Assembly (NCBI GenBank): GCA_951406725.2
Contig: OX597824.1
Span: forward strand, 60,698,001 to 60,762,000
Direction: 5' to 3'
DNA length: 64,000 bases
Source: Octopus vulgaris
Taxonomy: Eukaryota
Shown one piece after another: positions 25,330 through 39,053 of the stretch (position 1 is the first letter of the stretch; every line of letters starts with the position of its first letter). Made by a program: the position numbers and the translations under genes. The notes below the pieces were generated by a model, which worked only from the letters and a program-made list of their open reading frames with translations, was not told the DNA's origin and searched no databases.

Positions 25330-27600
25330 AATCCTGTAAATAATATCAATGGTACTTTTATTTCTGGCTCTTGCAACATCACCCAAGTCTTTCTCTGCAT
25401 GTTCATTCTCTTCTTCATCCAGTCAAACATCTTCATTCCCTGCCTTCCTCTTGCTCTCCTTCCCACTAGCTCAGTCTCCACCATGTAGTGCTCTATTCTG
25501 TCATCCTCTCTGAGAAAATGACCAACAAATCTCCACTGCCCCTCTCTGATAGTATCCATCAACTGTCTCTTCATTTTCATCTTCTTCAACACTTCCACAT
25601 TCGTCACCCTCGGTACACACGAAGTTCTAAGCATTTTTCTCTAAAACCACATTTCTGTAGCTTTTGTCCAAGACTTACATCCATACGTTAGCACTGACCA
25701 GATGTAGCACTTCAATAGTCTTTTCTAGATTTCCATTCCAATTCTCTTTGCACAAAAAATGCTCCTCATATCCTTAAATCTCTTCTTTACGAACCCAATT
25801 CTGCACCTGATGTCCTTATCTGACCTTCCATCTGATGTTATCCAACTTCCCAGATATATGAAACTGTTCTGCTCTATCCCAGTTCCATTCACCATCAAGC
25901 GACATGCGGGTCCATGTGCCTTCTTGGTATAGACCATTGAGAAGGTTTTTCTTGCAGTTAATCATCAATCCAAGTTTTCCACTCTCCTCAGTCATAATAT
26001 TAATCAATCCCTGAAGCTTGTCTTCTGGGTCCGCAAAGAAAGCTGTATTGTTTGCGTACCTCAGATTGTTATAATTCCTTTCCTGCAGTTGTAGCCCTGC
26101 AATTGTCTTGATCTTGCTTAGAGCTTTCTCGCTATACAGGTTGAATAAATCAGGTGACAAAATACAACCTTGCCAGCCACCTTTCTGAATGTCAATCCAG
26201 TTGCCCAATTCTCCGTGCACTTAGATGGTTGCTTTCTGGTCCCAATATAAATTTCCTATCATTCTTAGATCTTCCCCATCAATCTTGAGTTCATCCAACA
26301 TTCTAACTAACTCTTCATGCTTGATGCAGTCAAATACCTTCACATGGTCAATAAAACAGATGTACAAGTCTTTTTTGTTTCTCTATGCACTTTTCTATCA
26401 ACGTCCTCAAGCACAGAATTGCATTTCTCATCCCCTTTCCTGTTCTATAGCCGAACTGTTCATCTGATAGGTTTCCCCTAATAGTACCTACCTTTCACTC
26501 AATTCAACTCCATTCTCAAAATAATCTTTGTCACATGACTCATTAGGCTTATCATTCTATGATTTTTGCACTCAATTGTTTCAGACTTTTTAGGCAAGGC
26601 GATGAAGATTGATTCCAGTATTTCTTCAGTAACATCCCCTGAGTTGTAAACATGGTTCGCTATCCCTGTTAATTTTTCTACTCCAAAATTCCCCAAAGCA
26701 TTTACAAGTTCAAACACAATGTTATCATTTCCCATCGCTTTTCCACTTTTCATCTGGTCCATAGCCTGCTTGATTTCAGCTGCTGTAATCATATGGCCAT
26801 CCATTGGCTTGCTTATCTCTGGTTTTTCTTTCCTTCCATCATCAGTGTAGAGAACTTTGACTGTGGTCTTCCATCATACTGATCCATGACGTTTTGGCAA
26901 AACCCTGTCCTGATATCATTGTCTAATTTTAGCAACTTTAACTGTAGTTGAGGTGCAGTCTTCTTCCAATAGATTTTCTTTAATTTCAGTCTGATTTTTT
27001 CTGCTAAGCAATATATGATCAGTATCAGAATCGGCTCCTGAATACGTCCTGGCCCTTTGCACTGAATTTCGAAAACTTTCATTGATCAAGATGAATTCAA
27101 TTTTATTCCGGCAACCATGTCTAGGACTTTTCCTGGTGTACAGGTTTCTCAGATGATATTTGAAAAACATGTTTGTTATGATCAAACCATTTTCCTTGCC
27201 CCACCCAACTAGCCTCTCACTTCGTTCATTCCTCTGACCCATACTAAATGATCCAACAGTTTCACCGTCTTTACTCTCCCCAACTTTCACATTGAAGTCT
27301 CCCATAATACATACACATACATACACTTACATCTCCCATGATGATTTTAATATCACGTGATTTGCACTGCAGCTCTACCTCATCCTATTGGACATAAAAA
27401 TCATCTATCTCTTCAACATTACTGTCAGATGTAGGAGCATAGCACTGAATCACTACTGCATCAAACAGTTTACCTTGAAGCCGTACCAACATCATTCTAT
27501 CAGAAATACACCAGTAGCCAGCCAACCTTTTAGCTATTTTTATGATCTGCTGGAAGAAGTATTTTTAGAAACAAAATGACGCAATCTCTCAACCCCAGGG
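25330..27600 (-). mobile_element. degenerate RTE-clade LINE (APE endonuclease + RT)
   Basis: IMGDFNVKVG, GADSDTDH, QGCILSPDLFNLYSE, NNLRYANNT, FIYLGS motifs with many stops. Confidence 0.9.
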
Positions 27601-27731
27601 TTTGTTTTAATAAACCACAGAAACAAAAGTGTGTATAATTTTTGACTTACCTTTGTACATGTGTGTGTATACGTGTGTGTGTGTATAGGTTTGCCACTAA
27701 ATACTGTCAATGTAGATAAAAGTATACTTAC

Positions 27732-27833
27732 TGCCACAAAGTGGTCCAGATGTAAAAGTGTTATTTGTGCAGTGGCACTGACAGGTTTCAGGGTCCATGG
27801 TGCCACCATTTAGACAAACATCACCCTGACAAT
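27732..27833 (-). CDS. module A exon 7: EGF-like domain
   Basis: tctatcatgtag / gtaagt; phase 1-1; (D)CQGDVCLNGGTMDPETCQCHCTNNTFTSGPLCG. Confidence 0.92.
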
Positions 27834-28099
27834 CTACATGATAGAAACATAAAAAAATATTACCAATGACATATAGATCAATGAATCAGTTTGATAGAAA
27901 TTTTATATATTGGTTGGACTGATAATGATGCTGCACTACTAATGGGAAGATAGCGGGTTCAAACCATGCCACTGTAATACTTGGCAATCTTTCAGAGAAA
28001 GTACATGAGAGGTCAAACTGGTTTGGCAATTTCTGTAAAAAAATTCCATTTCTTTAATTTCTTTTTTGCAGCTAAATCGCTTGTGTCTATGTATCTTTT

Positions 28100-28290
28100 G
28101 TGTATGTATGTATGTATGTATGTATGTATGTATGTATGTATGTATGTATGTATGTATGTATGTATGTATGTATGTATGTATGTATGTATGTATGCATGCA
28201 TGCATGCATGTATGTATGTATGTGTGTATCTGTGTATGTATGTATTTGTATTTGTGTGTATGTAATTGTATGTATGTGTATGTATTTTTT
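28100..28290. repeat. (TATG)n microsatellite
   Basis: Directly visible. Confidence 0.95.
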
Positions 28291-28291
28291 A

Positions 28292-28685
28292 TATATTTCT
28301 TTTACTTGTTTCAGTTATTTGACTGTGGCTATGCTGGAGCATTGCCTTAAAGGGTTTTAGTTGAAGAAATCAACCTCATGACTTATTCTTTGTAAGCCTA
28401 GAACTTATTCTATTGATCTCTTTTGTCAAACCATTAAGTTACAGGGACATAAACAAACCAGCATTGGTTGTCAAGCAATAGCAGTGGCTGGGTTGGGAGG
28501 GGATAAACACAGACATACACACACAAATATATACATATATACAATGGGCTTCCTTCAGTTTCCATCCACCAAATCCATCCACAAGACTTTGGTCATCCTG
28601 AGGCTATAGAAGACACTTGCTTGCCCAAGGTGCCATGCAGAGTGATTGAGGGTTAGAGAAACAAGCTTCTTACCACACAGCCATA
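28292..28685 (-). mobile_element. SINE family 1 copy; other copies at ~34186-34575 and ~41220-41580
   Basis: Similar to the reverse complement of 55071-55470. Confidence 0.8.
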
Positions 28686-29255
28686 CTTGTACCTACATGC
28701 ATGTATATGTTTATACTCATACATACACAAATATATATACATCACATAAACGCATACATACATATACTTACATACACACACATAAACACATACTTACATA
28801 CACAAATATACATAAACATAAGCAATTCAACTGAGAAAAAAATGAAATAAAAAATATTTACAGAAATTGCTGAACAAATAGTTTCATGTACTTTCCCTGA
28901 AAGATTGTCTAATACTTTATTCTGTTTACATAAAAAAATAAACCTTTTTTTAAATCCCTTTTCTGACATGCAAAATCAAGTATTCAGTTCAGAATCTTTT
29001 TAGTTTCATCTTCACATTTTATTTCATTTATGCTGTCTTTGGTGAAAATCATATACGACATGTTTGTCCATTATAATAAAGACATTGTTAGCTTAAAGAA
29101 TTCTGTGTCAACAAAAAGACTGGATTACTTTTGACAAAAGAAGTGTGATATCAAGGAATATTTTACCACTTCAGAATGATTAAATTGTGATTTTTTGGAT
29201 CACATTCTACCCCATTAGTGTGTGGACATGCACGTATTCTTCTTGAAATATATTT

Positions 29256-29298
<43 letters not shown>

Positions 29299-29372
29299 TG
29301 TGTGTGCGTGTGTGCATGCGTGTGTGTATGTGTGCATACTTGCATGTGTGTCAGAGAGTATAGTTAACAGAC

Positions 29373-29437
29373 CTGTTAAGGATGTAGTTTCTGAACATAC
29401 TTCATAAGGATGGGATATGTTTGTCACTGAGCTTGCT
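29373..29437 (-). CDS. module A exon 6: reduced hinge
   Basis: cttttatttcag / CAG|gtctgt; phase 2-1 bridges exons 5 and 7; (E)ASSVTNISHPYEVCSETTSLT. Confidence 0.8.
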
Positions 29438-29983
29438 CTGAAATAAAAGAGATACAGACAGTGCTATAACCATAGTAGCAACAACATACATCAATAAAAA
29501 CAACAACAACCACTACTATTACTACTGCTACCACTACCACCATGACAAGATATATTTATACTCTTACAAGAATAGTATTAGTCTATTGACCAGTTTCAGT
29601 CAGAATCTCTCACATATCTTTTCAGTTTACACTGTTGTTGTTGGTTCTAATATTGCACTTTTGGGCACCTTGCATAGGTACATCATCATTTTATACTGCA
29701 GGAGTCTCTCTCTGTGATAATGAATGTTTTGTTACTGTGCAAAACCTTATATATTTTTACTATATGGTTTTGTTTATTTGTTTCATTCATTTTTAAGGTC
29801 ATGCTTGAACAACAATTCCAAAGATACAGTCTACTTCAAATCAATCTTAGTACTTGTTTGACAGTTATTATATCAACATCAGAAGACTTAAATGTAAGAC
29901 TGCCACAGGGAGGATTTGAACTCAGAATATAAAGGCATGTAACCAAATAGCAGAAGGAGTTTCCTTTTTTTCTGGTACCTTAA

Positions 29984-30204
29984 CCCTTTAGCATTTAAAC
30001 TGGCCATATCCAACCCAGATATTCTACTTGTTCTATATTCAAACTGGCTGGATCTAGCCTTGCACACTTATCTTACAATGTCATTCTAAGAATAAGCAAT
30101 CGCATTCTCAAAATTTCCATGCTACAATATTTTTGCATGATTAATTCAAAACAATTCGATTACATAAGCATTACATTTGACAGAATAACCTGAATACTAA
30201 AGGG
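29984..30204. mobile_element. piggyBac-type MITE
   Basis: TTAA on both sides; TIRs CCCTTTAGCATTTA / TGAATACTAAAGGG. Confidence 0.8.
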
Positions 30205-30419
30205 TTAAAAACAAAACTAGCAATGATAGATTGATATCTGCTCCAGGGAGCATAGTGTTTCATAACAGCTAGTGTATTCTTGGGTAGACATATATAATGA
30301 AATTGCTTTAAACAAGAAATAGCAAAAGTTTTAAACCAATTATAAGTAAATGTCTCACAGTAGAGATATATTCCTGATGTATGTATATTAGAAGTATGTA
30401 TCTTAAACTGTGGATGGAA

Positions 30420-30860
30420 CCTAAGGAAGAAACAGGCCCAGGAAGACATGGGATGAGGTGGTGAAGCATGATCTTTGGATGTTGAGTCTCACAGAGACGA
30501 TGACAAGTGATCGAGACCTTTTGCTGATTTGCTGTGCTTGAGAATACATGTCAAGCCAAGTGAAATTGTAGTCGTGGCCAGTGCCAGTGACATGTGAAAG
30601 GCACTTGTGCTGGTGACATGTAAAAAACACTCATGTTGGTGACACATATAAGGCACTCACTATACTCTGTGTAGTTGTTGGTCTTAGGAAGGGCATCCAG
30701 CCATAGAAACCAAGCCAAACCAGACTGGGGCCTGGTACAGCTCTCTGGCTTACCAGTTCCAGTCAGATTGTGTAACCCATGCAAGCATGGATAACAAACA
30801 CTAAATAATGATGATGATGATGAGGAGGAGGAGGAGGATGGTAATGATGATGATGATGAT
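30420..30860 (+). mobile_element. RTE LINE 3' fragment
   Basis: Matches 49450-49570 and the 3' end of the RTE; (GAT)n tail. Confidence 0.8.
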
Positions 30861-31825
30861 GTATCTTCATAGTAGGGAGATACTTCTCCTGGTGGCTGTA
30901 CTGCTGGTTCTACAGGAGTATATCACCTCAGAGCAGATACATCCTCCTGATGTCTGTATTGTTAGTTCATTAGGAGAATATTTCCATGCTGTAGATGGCA
31001 GTACTGCCAGTTTATCAGGAGGTCTGTACTCCGGATGAGCTGATTATTTTGTCAGTTAGAGTCACTTGTTAATATTATAAAGAAAATGAGAATATCACAA
31101 AGTAAGGGCATACTCCTGATATTATATTGTGAGTTCATCCGGAGTATATCACTTCAGTGTAAATATATTCAAGAATGTCACACAATATTATATCAGCTCA
31201 TATATAAGTCCCTGATACAAAGATAGTTGAGCTGGAAGAGCAGTGATGCTAAAATGGTCAACTGCAATGTATTAGTGAGCTTTTAGATATACCTAGGTGT
31301 ACTGTGATATACTGGTGAGGTTTCAGAGATATTCATATAGCATGTTTGATGTGGGTCTGATCTAAAGTCAGTTTAAAAGGGTAAAATCAGTACAAATGTA
31401 ATCACTATGGAATAAAGTAATCTTCTGAGAAAAAGAAACAATCCAAGTGTAAATATTAATGGTTATTTTTACTAGAAGTATAGAAAACTCTCAACATGAG
31501 CATGTAAAAAATGCAACAGGACTTTTCTTTTCAACCTAATATGTTATAAGGTGTGTGTGTGTATGTGCACATGCATGTGCGTATATATATATATAGTTCA
31601 AATTTACACAAAACAAAAGACAAAGACAGGTGAGGGAACAACAAGCAGGTGCATTAGGTTAATGCTTGGGAAGAATGGAAAAGTCTTTGATATTTCAAGC
31701 CTACACTCTTTGACAAAGAATTAAGAGTAAAAACACAGAAAGATAATGAAAAAAACGGAGAGAGAAAAAATGTTTAGGGATTAATTGTTCGACATGATGA
31801 AATATATATATAATGCATTACTTAC

Positions 31826-31911
31826 TCTAGACCATAATGGCAGACGTAGAAATCCATGCTTGAACATTTTGCAAAGCCACAGCCGATTCTTATAGTCTTA
31901 GCTTGTACCAT
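31826..31911 (-). CDS. module A exon 5: CAP domain C-terminal part
   Basis: tattttttaag / gtaagt; phase 0-2; MVQAKTIRIGCGFAKCSSMDFYVCHYGL. Confidence 0.92.
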
Positions 31912-32304
31912 CTTAAAAAATACAAACACAATAAAGACATATTGGTAATGGTTATTACACCTATAACTAGTGGAGGTTATTACATTAACTCCACACAGCT
32001 GTAATTAGTGGGGGTAATTAAATTAATTATCCTCTAGATGTAAAAAAAAAAATCAAATGTTCAATAGGTTTTAGCATGTTATATGGTTATGGAACTTTCT
32101 TCAGTGCTTTCTCTATTAAAGTTTTATCCTCTTTCATATTTTATATTTACCCCTGAAAAACAAAATATTGTTGAAACCAGTATGAGACTTTAATGACTTC
32201 TTTTAAAAAATTTACAATTTGTTTTAAGACCCAGGTGCATTTTGAACTCCCAAGCCAATTCTTTTATATTTCTATTACTGTGGAATTAAGCTTCTTTTTC
32301 ATTT

Positions 32305-32453
32305 ATATACATATGTATACACACACACACACACGTGCATGCATACATATATATATACATACATGTATGCTTGCATGTATGTATGTATGTATGTATGTAT
32401 GTATGTATGTATGTATGTATGTGTGTATGTATGTATGTATGTATGTATGCATG

Positions 32454-32485
<32 letters not shown>

Positions 32486-32530
32486 TGTATGTATGTATGT
32501 ATGTATGCATGCATGTATATATGTGTGTAT
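32305..32530. repeat. (TATG)n microsatellite
   Basis: Directly visible. Confidence 0.95.
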
Positions 32531-33073
32531 ACCTTTTAAGTCCTCTGCTTGCAATAATATTAGTAATAAATGTCCTGCTGCTGTACCAGACAGCAACTCT
32601 CATGGCTTCTGATTTTAACTGATTGGAAGTGTTATCAAGTACATGTTTTGTCTTGCTATAAAAGATAGGTTTCAGCAAATATTCTGCTTAACATTACAGA
32701 TTTGCTTATTCGTTGTTTAACCATAACTGTTTGAGCATGTCCCTTAGTAGGTGACAATATATGCATCTCTAATCACAAGCAGGAGCAGTGGGCGATGGGG
32801 TGGGGTGCATCATAGCCATGTGTTGAGAGGAATTCTTTGTGGTTTGAATAATTCATCTCTGGAAACATTGGTGTTTGGCTCATCATCTTTAAACAAACTT
32901 TATTCAGGAAAACTTTCAGCAGGATGGGCTACTTGGCCATGTGCTGTTTATCTTGATATGAGTCTCCAATGCCTGGTGTACCCTTATGAGACAGGTAGTA
33001 GTGGTGGGTATATTGGGCTTCTGATATTTGTACACCAGTGTCACTTTGATGGTATGCACTGCTCTCTCACTCA

Positions 33074-33147
<74 letters not shown>

Positions 33148-33691
33148 CAGGCAATGGCTCTCATGGCTGCTGATCTTAACTGATTGGAAGTGTTATCATG
33201 TACATTATTTTGCTTGGTATAAAAGACAGGCTATAGCAAATATTCTGCTCAATACCACAGATTTGCTTGTCAGTTGCTTGACCTAAGCTAGTTGAGCATG
33301 TCCCTTAGTGGCTGACGATATGTGCATCTCTGATCATGAGCAGAAGTAGTGGGGGAGCATCATAGCCGTGTGTTGAAAGGAATTCTTAGAGGTTTGGATA
33401 ATTCACCTTTGGAAACATGGGTGTTCATTCAACAGCCTTAAACAATCCTTATTCAGTGACCTTTTGAGTGGGATGGGCTACTCAACCAGAAAAAAATTCC
33501 AACTGGGTCCCACCCGCAAGGTCGTGTGCTGTTTATCTTGATATGAGATCACCATGTTGCACAAATGTGGTTGTGATGCATGTGCCTGGTGTACCTTTAT
33601 CAGACGGGTAGTTATGATGGGTATACTGGGCTTCGTATATTTTACTCTGGTGTCACCTTGATGGCATGCACTGCTTTCTCACTCAATAATG

Positions 33692-33749
<58 letters not shown>

Positions 33750-33750
<1 letters not shown>

Positions 33751-34185
33751 CAATGATTCAGTGTTACCATTAGATGAAACATCTGAAACCTGATGTTCTG
33801 ATGAACAAAAATAAAAGAACTTGCATGATAATCAACATAGCATGTCCCAGTGACAACAGAATCAAAGAGAAAGAAGAAAAACTGAACATCTATGGTGATT
33901 TGAAGTGGGAAATATGCAGGTTGTAGGCAATGAAAAGAGTGGACGCGATACCAGTAGTAATTGGCAGGCTTGGAAGTATCAGCCATCAACTACCAACATG
34001 GCTGAAAAAGATTGGTGCAATTGTGAAGGTAGAACACCTACAAAAAACATCATTGACTGGAACTGCAAGAGTCCTCTGCAGAGTGAAGCATGATCAGTAA
34101 ACAAGTGTCACCTTAGTCTGCTGGATGTGGACAGCAGACACTTTTCATTATACCCCGCAAAGTAAGCTAAGAGTTTACATCAAAT
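33750..34185 (+). mobile_element. R4/Dong-like endonuclease 3' fragment; similar pieces at ~34600-34900(+) and ~44215-44760(-)
   Basis: HLKPDV...IINIACP, YGDLK and IPVVIG remnants; at 34600 IELQRLWKVRVKCIPVVIDALG. Confidence 0.65.
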
Positions 34186-34919
34186 AATTCTTTTATTTGT
34201 TTCAGTCATGTGACTGTGGCCATGCTGGAGTACCACCATTTTTAGTCAGACAAATCGACCCTAGGACATTTTTTTAAAGCCTGGTAATTATTCTGTTGAT
34301 CTCTTTGACTGAACTACTAAGTTATGGGGATATAAACACACCAACAATGGTTGTCAAGTGGTAATGGTTGACAAACACAGACACAAAGACACACACACAC
34401 ATAGATATATATATACATATATACAATGGGTCTCTTTCAGTTTCTGTTTACCAAATCCACTCAGAAAGCTTTGGTTGGCCTTAGGTTATAGCAGAAGACA
34501 CTTGCCCAAGGTGCCACACAGTGGGACTGAACCCAGAACCATGTGGTTGGTAAACAAGCTTCTTACCAAACAACCAATGATGATGATGACGATGATAACA
34601 TTAACTATTGAATTACAGAGACTATGGAAAGTGCGGGTAAAATGTATCCCAGTAGTTATAGATGCATTGGGAACTATCCCTAAAGATCTGAATATGTGGA
34701 TAGAGGGGATAGACATAAAACCCAGTTTAATACAGCTCCAGAAAACAGTGTTATTAGGGAAAGCTAGGATACTTAGGAGGGTTATTGGCATCTAAGGGTA
34801 CTTGCTGTGACCTGATAGGAGGGTTCTTGGTATATAAGGCAACTTGTAGCCCGATGTTAGGATTCTTTGCTTTTCCAACAAGCTAATCTGTTGAATGTAT
34901 ATGAATGATAATAATAATA

Positions 34920-34972
<53 letters not shown>

Positions 34973-35038
34973 CATCATTATTATTGGAGTCAACTTATAC
35001 AAACACAAAGCAAAAGTCAAACACAACAAAATAATAAA

Positions 35039-35100
<62 letters not shown>

Positions 35101-35680
35101 TAATAGTAATAATAACGCCCTGATGCAGTCCCAGACAGTGGCTCTCATGGCTTCTGATCTTAACTGATTGGAAGTGTTATCATGTACATTGTTTTGTCTT
35201 GGTATAAAAGACAGGCTACAGCAAATATTCTGCTCAATACCACAGATTTGCATGTCAGTTGTTTGACCTTAACCAGTTGAGCATGTCCCTTAGTGGCTGA
35301 CGATATGTGCATCTCTGATCATGAGTAAAAGTAGTGAGGGAGCATCATAGCAGTGTGTTGAAAGGAATTCTTGGAGGTTTGGATAATTCACCTGTGGAAA
35401 CATGGGTGGTTCGTTCAACATCTTTAAACAACCCTTATTCTGGGATCTTTTGAGTGGAATGGGCTACTCGACCAGAAGAAAATTCTAACTGGGCCTCACC
35501 TGCAAGGTCATATACTGTTTATCTTGATATGAGATCACCATGTCGCACACATATGGTTGTGATGCATGTGCCTGGTGTAACCTTATCATATGGGTAGTCA
35601 TGATGGGTATACTGGGCTTCGTATATTATATCCCAGTGTCACTTTGATGGCATGCACTGCTCTCTCACTCAATAATAATA

Positions 35681-35731
<51 letters not shown>

Positions 35732-35739
35732 TTCATTAC

Positions 35740-35876
35740 CTCTGTATAACGTCCTACTTTAGAGAAATCATTAGTGACACCATAAGTAAAGCTTTTCCTT
35801 TCATCATACCATGAATGTATGGCTGCTGCCCAACTGTCCACTTGTCTGGCTAAATTTTGACCAGTGTGGAATTTTC
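35740..35876 (-). CDS. module A exon 4: CAP domain core
   Basis: tttttttcag / GAG|gtaatg; phase 1-0; (G)KFHTGQNLARQVDSWAAAIHSWYDERKSFTYGVTNDFSKVGRYTE. Confidence 0.93.
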
Positions 35877-36529
35877 CTGAAAAAAAATATTTCTCAATGT
35901 TAGAAATTATTTGTCAGATCTTAAGAGATTGTAGTCAATGTGGAATAATTCAATAATGCTTGGTGTTGCAGAAGAGAGTGAGAGAGAAGTGTCATAGTGG
36001 AAGAAAGAAAAAGCTAAAAGAGACATAGATAGATAAATAGATAGATAGACAGACAGGGAGATAGATAGATGGATAGATAGATGGATAGAGAGAGAGAGTG
36101 TGAGAGAGAGAGAGAGACAGAGAGACAGACAGACAGACAGACAGATAAGCAGAAAGACATAATGGCAGATAAAGGTGGGAAAAAATGAGAGAGACTCAGA
36201 GGTGGAGTACCAACCTAAGAAGAAACTGTTAGCTCCCAAGTAGTTCCAGTTCATTTGTCGACTTGTATCATAGGGAGGTAAATGGATCTTGGTCGGAATT
36301 TACAATCATAGGTGTTCAATTATTTGACCAACTAAATTACCATGCTCATTGCATTAAACATGTATATGGCTTTACATTAAGCATGTATATGGTTGAGTAT
36401 TCCATAGTGATGTGTACTCTTAATGGAATTCTTAGGCAGAATCAGTGTGACTGCATGTGTGACAAAGGCGAGTCTATGAATTACAATTACAATTCATCTG
36501 ATGGGCTTCTATTTAGATTTAGTTTGTCT

Positions 36530-37050
36530 AGTTTTGCTCATAAGGTTTGGGTCAACCCATGGGTATAGAAAATGGCATTTGCCCAAGGTGCCATACAGCA
36601 GAATAGAAACTAGAAACTCATGATTGCAAAGTGAACTGTGTAATCATTCTGTCATACTGTGCCTACAGTATGGAGGTAATGAGAAAATAAACCATGGATG
36701 TCTAGTGAGTGGACCAGAAGTGATGCCAATAGCAGATACTAGACTATAGTAGGCAGAGCAAGATAAAGGAAAGATATAATCAACCAAGGGGTCTTTACTA
36801 ATTACAGTAATTAACCTATAATTATAGAAAGTGTAGTCATAATGAGACTATTGGCATCACTTCTGGTCCACTCACTAGACATCCATGGTTTATTTTCTCA
36901 TTACCTCCATATTGTAGGCACAGTATGACAGAATGATTACACAGTTCACTTTGCAATCATGAGTTTCTAGTTTCTATTCTGCTGTATGGCACCTTGGGCA
37001 AATGCCATTTTCTATACTCATGGGTTGATCCAAACCTTATGAGCAAAACT
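36530..37050. repeat. near-perfect inverted duplication: 203-bp arms, 115-bp spacer
   Basis: 36530-36732 is the reverse complement of 36848-37050 with 3 mismatches seen. Confidence 0.95.
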
Positions 37051-37672
37051 TTTTTTGAATTAAAATCTTCCACCAAAACTTAGTCACAATTTATGTTCCT
37101 AACACTAGCTTAATAGCTTAGTCACAATTTATGTTCCTAACACTAGCTTAATAGTAACTAAGTTATTTTACTAAATGTTTTGTTATATTTAAAATAATTG
37201 AAAGAAACACAGAGCATCTCAAAATAAATATGGTAATGAAAGGGTTAAGGTCTTCCCGTGGTTAAACAGTAGCGACAATGTTATATCTCAAATATTTCTC
37301 AGCAGAGAAGCATTTATATAGTCAATTGACCCATTACAATAGGTTGCTACATCTGTTTCAAATTAGATTTTACCCTCTTTTAAAAATTCAAGGACATATG
37401 GGATAATGTAGTCCAAGATACATTAAGGCAGAAAAACGATGTAATGGTCATGTCTTAAATACCTATCAAGCCCTGGAAATTCAACAACAATACAGGTTAA
37501 AACTGGCATTATTTTATTAATATAGGAGGGATGAAAGACAGAGTTAATCATAGCTAGATTTGAATGCAGGCAGCAATAACAAAATATTGAAGGCACTTTA
37601 CTGTCTTAGACAAAAACCATTTCTTTATGGTAGTGTGGTAAATCTTGTGAGAAGAAATAAATTATAGTTTAC

Positions 37673-37763
37673 CAGGAATTTGCCGGAAATAAGGTTTATC
37701 GTGGGAGCAATTACAGCTTTCAGCTCGTGCTTGGGCAACTAGTTCCAAATCTTTATCCCAGTA
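37673..37763 (-). CDS. module A exon 3: CAP domain
   Basis: ctaacattgcag / CTG|gtaaac; phase 0-1; YWDKDLELVAQARAESCNCSHDKPYFRQIP. Confidence 0.93.
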
Positions 37764-38200
37764 CTGCAATGTTAGGAACAAAATAATAATGAAGAAATAA
37801 AAGGATTTTTTTCCAAAATTCTGACGACATTTTTTCTCAGTATTTAATTCTGTACATCACACCTAACACTCTATACACACACACACACACACATATACAT
37901 ACATGCATACATATATATAGGAGAAGAAAATGGATATAATAACAATGGGAAACTCGTGGTTTTCACTGGTATGTCTTTAATTAAATAGATAACAAAGAAG
38001 GAAGAAGCAGTGATGAGGGTAGCATTTATGATCGCTTCAATTTACTGGTTTAAGTAAATCTCTTCAGAATGTGAATATAGATAGATGCATTGGCTAAGAT
38101 GCAAAAATAATTGATACATATGTGATGGTAATGTAAACAAAGTGGTAATTCTTACATTAAATTATTGTTTTTGTTCTATCCATATATATATATATATATA

Positions 38201-38400
38201 GGGAGAGTTTACGAAAAAACAAAAGACGAAGACAGGTGGTGTACAAAACAAACAGATGTATTAGTATAATGCTCAGGAATAGAAAAAAGTTTTTTACATT
38301 TCGAGCCTACGCTCTTCTACAGAAAAAACAAAGAGAGAAACTAGGAGAGAAACTAGGAGAGAAAAAAAATGTGTGTAGTGGCTAACGATCTATCATGGCG
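38201..38400 (-). mobile_element. Penelope-like 3' end fragment with a hammerhead-like hairpin; older copy at ~31597-31800
   Basis: Minus strand CTGTAGAA-GAGC-GTAG-GCTC-GAAA-TGTA; abuts (TA)n. Confidence 0.5.
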
Positions 38401-38547
38401 AAGGATAAAATCTTTCTAAGAATTTATCAAGTAGTTAGCCTCTTACATAGATATATAAGTGTAAACAATTTCTATGTACTATGCTGGATACATGTGGTGT
38501 TTGTCTGGTATGGTTAATTTTTGTTTATTTTTATGTCTTGACTATGC

Positions 38548-38607
38548 TTGCACTGATGAGTAAAAAGTGCATTTTGTGCACTAATTACAAAATTATATGA
38601 TATGCAG
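38548..38607 (+). ncRNA. type I hammerhead ribozyme, core mutated (GAAA to AAAA)
   Basis: TGCA-CTGATGA-GTAA..TTAC-AAAA-TT(ATAT)GA-TA-TGCA. Confidence 0.7.
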
Positions 38608-39053
38608 CTGAGTCTGCTTTTAGGAGGCTTGCTTCATGAGTTGCATTCTCTTGTGTTCAGTACAATGTTGTTATTATGGTAGTTTTGACTTTAAGAGTCC
38701 CTCCTAGTGTGAGGCATTTATGTATAGTAATGCCCTTAATATAAATAAATATATTTATAGGGAATAGTTAATAGATTTTTTTTCCTTATGAGGTTTTTCA
38801 TGCTAACTACTTGATAAATTCTTATAAAGATTTTATCCTATATTTAAATTGTAAATTTAATCAGAATATATTCAGTACTGAATTTTATTCTGAATAAACA
38901 CGTGAATCAAAATGCAATTCGAAAAGCCCACCTCTTACATAGATATATGAGTGTAAACAATTTCTATGTACTATGCTGGATACATGTGGTGCTTGTCTGG
39001 TATGTTGATTTTTGTTTATTTTTATATGTCTTGACTATGTAAAAAGTGCATTT

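Noticed and set aside
27940-28052. Apparent minus-strand exon after ttttttacag
   Set aside because: A similar sequence occurs inverted at ~28857-28910, so it is a repeat, and the exon chain closes without it.
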